NCBI GenBank assembly: GCA_900322215.1
Contig: ONYW01000001.1
Span: forward strand, 30-64,029
DNA from: an uncultured Eubacteriales bacterium
Lineage (GTDB): Bacteria; Bacillota; Clostridia; Christensenellales; CAG-917
DNA: 64,000 nt
Reading direction: 5' to 3'
Position numbers and translations under genes: made by a program. The notes below the pieces were generated by a model. It ran no database searches. It was not told where the DNA came from and saw only the letters and a program-made list of their open reading frames with translations. Shown one piece after another: positions 37,758 through 44,520 of this stretch; position 1 is the first letter of the stretch; the number at the start of each line of letters is the position of its first letter.

Positions 37758-38636
37758 TCAAAGGTCTTTATCAACAATGTAGTAACTGTGTCCTTTGGGA
37801 AGATCGGACAATACGCCGGCGACCTTAAACCCGTTTTTCAGGAAGAAACCGACGTTCCAGTCATATAATTCTTCCACGATTATTTTTGTTGCGCCATTTT
37901 CTTTGGCTTTCTTTTCAAAATGGTTTATGAGCCACGTCCCGAGTCCTTGATCACGATATTCTTCATCGACCCATATCTTCCAGACAACTCCCACGTCGGA
38001 TTCGGTCACGCCCGCCATGATCGCGGCGACGGCCTTGCCGCTTTCATCGACAAGCTTCCGGTTGATTTTGATGTAATCGTGTTTTGGAGCAAGGAAAGGC
38101 AAATTATACTCGTAAAGTTTATCGCCGATCAGTTCCACGTCCTCCTCGGTTCCATCCGCTACCTGATACGGGATCGGTCTGCAGTGCCGTTTCGGCTGCC
38201 CTTTTTCCAGACGTTTGAATAATTCGAAGCTCTCGTGCCCGACGGGCTCGTTCAGGACCGTTCCGTAAAGCGCGTATCCGTGTTTTAAATAAAATGGTTT
38301 CGCCTGAAAATCCCCGGTGCCCAGAAATGACAGATAGCAGCCTCTTTTTATTGCGGTCTCTTCCACTGCTTGTAAAAGATGCGAACCCAGCTCCTGCTTT
38401 CGGTATCTTTCATCTACCCACAGATCGTCAACGTATAGGCAGCCCCATGGATAGATATATCCGACACATCCGGCAATTATATTGCCGTCCTTGTCTGATA
38501 TTTTTTTACAAATTGTCTCTTCTTCATCACCGAATCCGTCTGCAGGCGGAACGAGCTTAAAATTAAACTCATTAACAAGATTATCAATTCGTTCCGAATC
38601 TTTACGGGCACTTCTTCTTAATTTTAAATTCTCCAT
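37758..38636 (-). CDS. Tandem double-GNAT acetyltransferase (paralogue of the upstream gene)
   Basis: 292 aa with two GNAT cores (KQELGSHLLQA; DQGLGTWLINH). Same architecture as 36882..37745. Confidence 0.7.
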   Translation of the reverse strand: MENLKLRRSARKDSERIDNLVNEFNFKLVPPADGFGDEEETICKKISDKDGNIIAGCVGYIYPWGCLYVDDLWVDERYRKQELGSHLLQAVEETAIKRGCYLSFLGTGDFQAKPFYLKHGYALYGTVLNEPVGHESFELFKRLEKGQPKRHCRPIPYQVADGTEEDVELIGDKLYEYNLPFLAPKHDYIKINRKLVDESGKAVAAIMAGVTESDVGVVWKIWVDEEYRDQGLGTWLINHFEKKAKENGATKIIVEELYDWNVGFFLKNGFKVAGVLSDLPKGHSYYIVDKDL

Positions 38637-38647
38637 ATTTTTCCCTC

Positions 38648-40015
38648 TTAGTTTTTTGTCATTAATATCACCGTTTCGACGTGGTGCGTTTGCGGGAACA
38701 TGTCGTATGGCTGAACGTAGTCTATCGTGTAAGTTGAAGACAAAGTCTTCAAGTCTCTTGCCAAGGTCTGCGGATTGCAGGAGACGTATAGGATTTTTTC
38801 AAATCCCGCTTCCTTTGCAACTGCAAGCACCCTCTCGTCACACCCCTTGCGCGGAGGGTCCAAAATGAGAACACGTTTCGTGTTGTCGCGTTCTATGCTT
38901 TCTACGAACGTCGCCGCATCTGCACATACGTTCGTCACATTGCCGATTGCAAGGTTGCGCATAAGCGCATTTGCGTTTTCGCTTGCGGATGGAACGATTT
39001 CCACCGCGGTAATTTTTGATTTTGGCAAGCGGAGTGCGATTTGCGCGGTGAGCAAACCGACTCCCGAATAAAGTTCTACGATTTCGCCGTCAAAATCCGT
39101 TCCTATATGTTCGCAAACGTCGTCGTATATTGCGTCTCTCACCTTGTTGTTGACTTGCAAAAAGGAGAGCGGAGACACGACAGCCTGGTATCTGCCAAGG
39201 TCCTGCGGGCGTTCCTCGCCGTAGACGAGAGTGGCATTGTCGCCCATGATGACGTTCGTATTTTTCGTATTGTTTGACACAAAAACCGTATAGTCAGAGA
39301 AGTGCCTGTCGAGTTTTTGTGTAAGGAGGGCGAGTTTTTCGATATTTTGTACGCTTGAATTGACGACGATAGTCAGCGTGAGCGTGTCGAGCATACGCGC
39401 GACCGCGTGGCGGAGATACCCTCTCCCAGTCTGTTCGTCATAGACGGAGAGCGCGTTTTCGTTTGCCCATTCGCCTATATCTTCGATGAGGTCGGCAGCC
39501 CACTGCCCTTGAAGCGCGCACCACTTCATCGGCACGACCGAGTGCGAACGCTTTTCAAAAAAGCCGAGGTACACCCTGCCCGAACGCTTGTTTTTGCCGA
39601 ACGGAAGCGCAAGTTTGTTGCGGTATTCCCACTCGTTGAGGCTTATAGGAGTCGGCACGTCAAGGTCAAGTCCGCCCACCTTTTTGAGCGCGCGCTTGAC
39701 AGTTTCGCGCTTCATTTCAAGTTGGAAAGAGTGTTCTACGCTTTGAAGGTCGCACCCTCCGCACTTTTCAAAATACGGGCAAACGGGTTTGACTCTATGC
39801 TCGCTTGGCTGTACGACCTCGACCACTTCGCCAAAGGCGTAGTCCTTTGAAGTCCAGGTGATACGCGCGCGAACGACGTCGCCTTTGACTGAAAAAGGAA
39901 CGAAAATAGGATAAACGCCGCACTTTGCAACGCCCTCGCCGTTAGAGCCGAAATCTACGATTTCCGCGTCTATTATGTCGCCTTTTTCGATGTCAACCCT
40001 TTTAGAATCAAACAC
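38648..40015 (-). CDS. 23S rRNA (uracil-5-)-methyltransferase RumA/RlmD family
   Basis: 455 aa. N-terminal TRAM domain, CPYFEKCGGCDLQ Fe-S motif, C-terminal LDPPRKG SAM-methyltransferase motif. Confidence 0.85.
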   Translation of the reverse strand: MFDSKRVDIEKGDIIDAEIVDFGSNGEGVAKCGVYPIFVPFSVKGDVVRARITWTSKDYAFGEVVEVVQPSEHRVKPVCPYFEKCGGCDLQSVEHSFQLEMKRETVKRALKKVGGLDLDVPTPISLNEWEYRNKLALPFGKNKRSGRVYLGFFEKRSHSVVPMKWCALQGQWAADLIEDIGEWANENALSVYDEQTGRGYLRHAVARMLDTLTLTIVVNSSVQNIEKLALLTQKLDRHFSDYTVFVSNNTKNTNVIMGDNATLVYGEERPQDLGRYQAVVSPLSFLQVNNKVRDAIYDDVCEHIGTDFDGEIVELYSGVGLLTAQIALRLPKSKITAVEIVPSASENANALMRNLAIGNVTNVCADAATFVESIERDNTKRVLILDPPRKGCDERVLAVAKEAGFEKILYVSCNPQTLARDLKTLSSTYTIDYVQPYDMFPQTHHVETVILMTKN

Positions 40016-41198
40016 TCTTTATACTCCTTTTCAAAACCTTTTTGTAGTTTGTAAGGAAGTTTTCAACCCTCTTTAATCCCGCGGACAAATCCACTCCCTT
40101 TTCCGCCTGCTTTTGCACATACCAATTCATTATGCGGAGCATATCGCGGCGCGCAGGCTTGAACGGAAGACGGAGGACGTAGCAATGCGCGGAGTTGTAC
40201 CACACTTTGCCGACGTGATACTCGTTTTTTACGCCCGCATTATCGAGGTACTTTGCCATACGCTTTGCCTCGCCGATACAAAGAGGATCGGTCGCACCGC
40301 CGTTGTTGTAGGACTCGGGAAAGTCGTGATTTATATAGTTGTAGGGATTGAGTTCTTTGAAAAACTCCCAGTTTCTCGAACCTTTCCTGCTGTTCTTGCC
40401 CGTGACGTATCTCACCATAAGCGTGTTGGTGAGAGGTATGCGGTACATAACATCCATAGAGAACGCACCGCTGATAAAGACGAGATTCGCGGGCTTTGTT
40501 TTGAGTGGCGAAAGCCCGAGTTTTTGCACGTAACTCTCATCCGTGGCGGCACAGCCGATACACGCCGCAAGATGTCCGCCGGACGAGTCGCCCGTGACCG
40601 TGATATTGTCCTTGTCAATGCCCAACTTTTCCGCATTGTCCGCGAGAAAATTGTAGGCGTCGACGCAGTCTTTCAAATCTTCCGGGAAGTAAACGCGAGG
40701 ACAAAGCCTGTGGTCGATGACTGCAACCACCGCTCCGAGCGCGGCATAAAGTCTCGCATAGCCGTCTCTGCGCGGTCTGTTGTGTATCACCCAGCCTCCG
40801 CCCGGTATATCCATAACGCAGGGAGACTTTTCTCCGACTTTGTAAGGCGGATAGTAGATGTCGAGGACGAGGTCTTCGCCGTCCACCGTCTTGTACACCA
40901 CACCCTTTTCAACCCTTATCTCACTGTCGAACGGAGTCCGACTGTTTGGCAGTGCCCTGTCCTCTTCCGCGAGGTCAAAGATATATGCCATGAGAGGATG
41001 AAGTCGCATGCCGTGTGCTTTGCGAAACTCCTTTGTCTCAATGCGAAACTCGCGCTTCTTTTCGCGCAGTTCCTGCTTTTTGGCTTTTCGCGCCTCTTTC
41101 CCCTGCTCGCTTGCTTCCCGCAAGATTTGTTTTTTGTTCACGTACGGGTAAAGTTTTTCATTCATGTACGCCGAATGAAACTCTGTAGATCTCTTCAT
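40008..41198 (-). CDS. Alpha/beta hydrolase (esterase/lipase family)
   Basis: 396 aa. IPGGGW oxyanion motif and GDSSGGHLA nucleophile elbow. Confidence 0.75.
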   Translation of the reverse strand: MKRSTEFHSAYMNEKLYPYVNKKQILREASEQGKEARKAKKQELREKKREFRIETKEFRKAHGMRLHPLMAYIFDLAEEDRALPNSRTPFDSEIRVEKGVVYKTVDGEDLVLDIYYPPYKVGEKSPCVMDIPGGGWVIHNRPRRDGYARLYAALGAVVAVIDHRLCPRVYFPEDLKDCVDAYNFLADNAEKLGIDKDNITVTGDSSGGHLAACIGCAATDESYVQKLGLSPLKTKPANLVFISGAFSMDVMYRIPLTNTLMVRYVTGKNSRKGSRNWEFFKELNPYNYINHDFPESYNNGGATDPLCIGEAKRMAKYLDNAGVKNEYHVGKVWYNSAHCYVLRLPFKPARRDMLRIMNWYVQKQAEKGVDLSAGLKRVENFLTNYKKVLKRSIKSV

Positions 41199-41230
41199 AA
41201 TTCCCTTACCAAAATTACGTTTGAAAACTC

Positions 41231-41316
41231 ACTACCCCGCCGCGCGTACGCGTGACGGGGTGTATTGTTTTCAACTTGAATGATAGTTTTGTATTGTGTT
41301 ATAGGTCGCCAATCTG
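41231..41316 (+). repeat. Decayed copy (C0) of the structured intergenic element
   Basis: Retains the CCCCG-CCGCGCGUACGCGUGA-CGGGG hairpin and the 3' end AGGUCGCCAAUCUGUGGG (compare 41473-41491, AGGUCGCCAAGCUGUGCGG). The middle is AT-rich and divergent. Confidence 0.4.
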
Positions 41317-41380
41317 TGGGATTTTATTACTTAAAATAATGTGAGATTGGTTTCTGTTATTCTTTTTTCCCAAAACCGCT

Positions 41381-41486
41381 CAGATTGGATGAGATGCTAG
41401 GAAAGGCACCTTTGGGAGAAGGGCGCGTACACGATCGTACGTAACCGACTACCAAAGGCGACTTGACAACGCAGGTCGCCAAGCTG
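41381..41486 (+). ncRNA. Structured intergenic element, copy C1 (subtype 1)
   Basis: cagauugg-GAUGAGAUGC...GGGCGCGUAC-acgauc-GUACGUAACCGAC...GACAACGCAGGUCGC-caagcug. The flanks are complementary and a UUUUCUU tract follows. Confidence 0.55.
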
Positions 41487-41509
41487 TGCGGTTTTCTTGC
41501 AATAACGTG

Positions 41510-41617
41510 ATATTTGGATGAGTTGCAAGGCATCGTGCCTTGAACAGCAGACCCAATGTACAACGCCGTACATGGTCTGGTGGGCAAGGTGCGATAACAC
41601 AGCAAATCGCCAAATAG
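41510..41617 (+). ncRNA. Structured intergenic element, copy C2 (subtype 2)
   Basis: auauuugg-GAUGAGUUG-[CAAGGCA-ucg-UGCCUUG]-[CAGACC-CA-AUGUAC-aacgcc-GUACAU-GGUCUG]-...GCGAUAACACAGCAAAUCGC-caaauag. It ends 4 nt before the pfp stop codon. Confidence 0.55.
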
Positions 41618-41621
41618 CGCG

Positions 41622-42872
41622 TTATTTAGCGTAGATCTTTTTGAGGCGCGCAAACCTAGGCAACCCATTCTCAAGCGGAGCCTTCGCGTCGCCTTGAATG
41701 AGCGGAAGCGCGTAGGTGATGAAATCGTCGCTCACGTTGTTGCCCTCTGCGTTGATCCAGCCGAGCGGAACTTTCTTTTCGGTGTTGGCGGCGTATTCGA
41801 GTGGCATGAGGACATTCTTGTTGTAGTAGTTGCCTTGCTCGTCAAAGTGACGCTCGAAGATAACCATCTTGTCCGTCTCGCCGTTCACTGCCGCGCGAAC
41901 TGCGGAAACGCCTGCCTCGAAAGCCTCTTCGACGTCGGTCTTGGACGCGAGGTGCGCTCCGCAACGTTGCATGAGTGAAAGTTCGATGCCACGTGTTTTG
42001 AATCCTGATTTTTCCTTGATGAGGTTTGCAAGGATGGACGCGACGCCACCGAGTTGCGCGTGACCGAAACTGTCGCGTGCCGCTTGCGGACCAAAGGATT
42101 CGCAAATGAGTTGACCTTCCTTGTTGTGGATACCCTCGGATACGACGGCGATACACTTGTTGCCGTTTCTCGCGCATACAGCCTTGACGTCTTCGACAAA
42201 CTTGTCGATGTCAAAGTCTACTTCCGGGAGGTAGATGAGGTCGGCGCCGAGTCCGTTCACCTTTGCGAGAGCCGCCGCTGCCGTGAGCCAGCCAGCGTGT
42301 CTGCCCATAGCCTCGATTATGCACACCATCGGCGTGTCATACACCTTTGCGTCGAGGTTGACTTCCATAACCGTAGTTGCGATGTACTTTGCCGCGGACG
42401 CATAACCCGGGCAGTGATCCGTGCCATAGAGGTCGTTGTCGATGGTCTTCGGAACGCCGATAACGTTGATGTCCCAGCCGGATTTTTGCATATACTTGGA
42501 AATCTTGTTGCAGGTGTCCATACTGTCGTTTCCGCCGTTGTAGAAGAAGTAGCGGACGTTGTACTTTTTGAAGACTTCCAAAATCCTCTTGTAGTCCGTA
42601 TCGTCAACGTCTGCGTCTTTGAGTTTGTAGCGGACGGAACCGAGTGCGGATGACGGAGTGTATTTGAGAAGGTCGATTTCTCTAAGGTCTTCCTTTGAGA
42701 TGTCGAAGAACTTCTCGTTGAGAATACCGACAATACCGTGTTCCGCGCCGTAAACTGCGGTGATGTTGTCTTGAGCGAGAGCCTCGGTGAAAACACCCGC
42801 GGCACTTGCGTTGATAACTGACGTCGGACCGCCTGATTGTCCGAACATACATGCGCCTTTCAAGTTGTTCAT
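41622..42872 (-). CDS. pfp: 6-phosphofructokinase of the long, probably PPi-dependent type
   Basis: About 416 aa from the AUG at 42872, which has an AAGGAG RBS. GQSGGPTSVINAS, GGNDS and PKTIDNDL motifs. PPi specificity is inferred from the family pattern, not proven. Confidence 0.7.
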   Translation of the reverse strand: MNNLKGACMFGQSGGPTSVINASAAGVFTEALAQDNITAVYGAEHGIVGILNEKFFDISKEDLREIDLLKYTPSSALGSVRYKLKDADVDDTDYKRILEVFKKYNVRYFFYNGGNDSMDTCNKISKYMQKSGWDINVIGVPKTIDNDLYGTDHCPGYASAAKYIATTVMEVNLDAKVYDTPMVCIIEAMGRHAGWLTAAAALAKVNGLGADLIYLPEVDFDIDKFVEDVKAVCARNGNKCIAVVSEGIHNKEGQLICESFGPQAARDSFGHAQLGGVASILANLIKEKSGFKTRGIELSLMQRCGAHLASKTDVEEAFEAGVSAVRAAVNGETDKMVIFERHFDEQGNYYNKNVLMPLEYAANTEKKVPLGWINAEGNNVSDDFITYALPLIQGDAKAPLENGLPRFARLKKIYAK

Positions 42873-42888
42873 ATTTTTCTCCTTATTG

Positions 42889-42901
42889 CACACTTCGTGT
42901 G
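42889..42901. promoter_or_regulatory. CACAC-TTC-GTGTG inverted repeat immediately upstream of the pfp RBS
   Basis: Exact 13-mer, extended to GCACAC/GUGUGC. The mRNA strand reads CACACGAAGUGUGCAAUAAGGAG. Confidence 0.4.
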
Positions 42902-42999
42902 CGTTTGTTGTTTTATTAATTTAGAATAATATTTATTTCTTCCGGCTGCGCCAAAGGCGCAAAATTAATTCTATTTATACCTTAAATAAAGTTGTTTTT

Positions 43000-43345
43000 T
43001 TCATTCAGACGGGCTATCGTTGTTTAACCCTAAATGCAACACCCCTTCCTGCTCCGCCAGGTTTCCCCACCGCGGAACCTACCGAACACAAGTTGCTCAC
43101 TTTTAAGGAATAAACAAAACTGTCGTTCGCAACCTTGCTATTCCCTACAAGAGTGTATTACTCGCTCCGGGGACACCAAGTCGGCACTCTAAAATCCGGT
43201 TTTCTCTATTCTTTGCCACTTCGCCTTTGGGACGCTCCGCAACAAAATGTTCCAAAGTCTCGTACTGAGTGCAGACCGAGGCACTCCGGGGACTCCGCCA
43301 TTGCGGAGTCGGCTCCGTCTTCGAATGAGTGTGCGTTAGAAGCCC
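43000..43345 (-). other. Unassigned GC-rich, hairpin-dense non-coding region between pfkA and pfp (candidate ncRNA or long structured leader)
   Basis: No credible ORF. Perfect hairpins at 43291-43310 (8 bp), 43267-43286 (6 bp), 43150-43190, 43107-43144 and 43224-43257. Duplicated motif CTCCGGGGAC...GTCGGC at 43165-43185 and 43284-43313. Strand not determined. Confidence 0.3.
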
Positions 43346-43359
43346 TCAAACAAACTTCA

Positions 43360-44349
43360 TTACTTCGAAATGACCTTAGCCAAATCATAAAGTTTTTCGT
43401 CAAACTCTTTTGGTATGCGAAGGGCTTCTAATACGGTTGTGTCATAGATGTCGCCGCCGCGAATGCCGACCACTCTGCCCGACTGACCGCACATGATGAG
43501 TTCTACTGCGCGCTGTGCCATACGAGCGGCGAGGACTCTGTCTGCAACCGTCGGATTTCCTCCGCGTTGCATATAGCCGAGCGCCATGTGGTTGACGCGT
43601 CTGCCCGTAGCTTCGGAGATCTCTTTGATGAGGTCGTCTTTTAGGTAGTTCACGCCTTCCGCGAGCAAAATGATCGTGGACGTCTTGCCCTTCACGTCAT
43701 AGCCTTTTTTGACGCTCTTTGCAATCTCAACGGGATCGACGGGACTTGCCTCAGGGACGATGACGTATTCCGCACCGCCTGCGACCGCCGAGTTGATGGC
43801 GATATTGCCGCTGTCTCTGCCCATAACTTCCAAAATCATGATTCTATCGTGAGAAGTGATGGTGTCGCGGAGTTTCAAAATCGCGTCGATGACAGTGTTG
43901 CACGCCGTATCGAAGCCGATAGTCGAGTCGGTATAGCCCATATCGTTGTCGATAGTGCCGGGGATACCGATGACGTTGAGTTCGGTGTTCTCGTGAAGTG
44001 CCTCCACGCCGTGGAAAGAGCCGTCTCCGCCGATGACGATGAGGTTTTCGATGCCTCTGTTGATAAGGTTTTGAGCCGCTTTCTTTTGCACTTCGGGATC
44101 CTTAAATTCCAAGCAACGAGATGTCCTGAGGATCGTTCCGCCTGTATGCACCGTGTTGGAAACGGATTTGTATTCCATCTTGAAAATCTCGTCGTTTACG
44201 AGTCCTTGATAGCCGTGCATAACGCCGTAAACTTCATAGCCGTTGTGCATAGCAAAACGAAGTGCCGTACGGATTGCCGCGTTCATGCCCGACGCGTCGC
44301 CGCCGCTTGTCAAAATAGCCAAATTTTTGTTCGTTAAATTTTTTGCCAT
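43360..44349 (-). CDS. pfkA: ATP-dependent 6-phosphofructokinase
   Basis: 329 aa. GGDASGMNAAIR, IGGDGS and PGTIDND motifs. Confidence 0.9.
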   Translation of the reverse strand: MAKNLTNKNLAILTSGGDASGMNAAIRTALRFAMHNGYEVYGVMHGYQGLVNDEIFKMEYKSVSNTVHTGGTILRTSRCLEFKDPEVQKKAAQNLINRGIENLIVIGGDGSFHGVEALHENTELNVIGIPGTIDNDMGYTDSTIGFDTACNTVIDAILKLRDTITSHDRIMILEVMGRDSGNIAINSAVAGGAEYVIVPEASPVDPVEIAKSVKKGYDVKGKTSTIILLAEGVNYLKDDLIKEISEATGRRVNHMALGYMQRGGNPTVADRVLAARMAQRAVELIMCGQSGRVVGIRGGDIYDTTVLEALRIPKEFDEKLYDLAKVISK

Positions 44350-44404
44350 ATATTACCTCGAGAATTGAATTCTAGTTTTTTATATTTATTTTCCGCTTAT
44401 AAAT

Positions 44405-44518
44405 CGTATGAGTGTGATGAGATGCGAGGAAGAGGGCCCGGGAACGGAGGGCGCGTACATATGCGTACGCAACCGACGAGCCAAGTGCCTCTGACAAAGC
44501 AGGTCGCTCACTCATGCG
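44405..44518 (+). ncRNA. Structured intergenic element, copy D (subtype 1)
   Basis: cguaugagug-u-GAUGAGAUGC...GGGCGCGUAC-auaugc-GUACGCAACCGAC...GACAAAGCAGGUCGC-u-cacucaugcg. The closing stem is 10 bp with one U-G pair. TATAAA lies at 44398-44403 and a U-rich tract at 44520-44530. Confidence 0.55.
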
Positions 44519-44520
44519 AT

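Noticed and set aside
41381-41486. Hammerhead-ribozyme reading of the GAUGAG...GUC element.
   Set aside because: GAUGAG and a GUC before the 3' stem half look superficially like CUGAUGAG...GUC. But the obligatory C3/U4 (CUGA) are replaced by G-G or G-U, there is no GAAA junction next to a stem III, and ~30 extra conserved nucleotides sit between the last hairpin and GUC.
41357-41674. 105-aa and 67-aa minus-strand ORFs spanning the structured-element array.
   Set aside because: They run through repeated non-coding elements whose copies do not preserve any reading frame. For example, the short AUG-initiated frames inside the copies end after 3, 9 or 25 codons. There is no RBS.
43035-43080. T-box or ykkC-like core (minus strand GGUAGGUUCCGCGGUGGGGAAACCUGGCGGA).
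   Set aside because: It matches about 10 of 13 positions of the T-box sequence and the UAGGGUUCCG..GGCGGA start of ykkC. No specifier, stem I, terminator/antiterminator, or ACGG-GGGA 3' half follows, and the downstream gene (pfp) does not fit either class.
43322-43333. cgaatgagtgtg resembles the 5' arm of element copy D (cgtatgagtgtg, 44405-44416).
   Set aside because: An 11/12 match of a 12-mer is within chance expectation for a 64-kb window searched on both strands, and no GAUGAG core follows.
43135-43431. 98-aa (+) and 65-aa (-) ORFs in the pfkA-pfp gap.
   Set aside because: They have no RBS, they overlap the pfkA 3' end or hairpin-rich sequence, and their composition looks non-coding. 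The region is treated as structured non-coding DNA instead.
44405-44518. Integron attC site or MITE interpretation of the elements.
   Set aside because: The elements do sit directly after stop codons in one orientation, like attC sites. However, there is no RYYYAAC/GTTRRRY core, no integrase, and the flanking genes are core housekeeping genes. The flanks are inverted complements rather than direct target-site duplications, and there are no conserved terminal inverted repeats, so a MITE is also unlikely.
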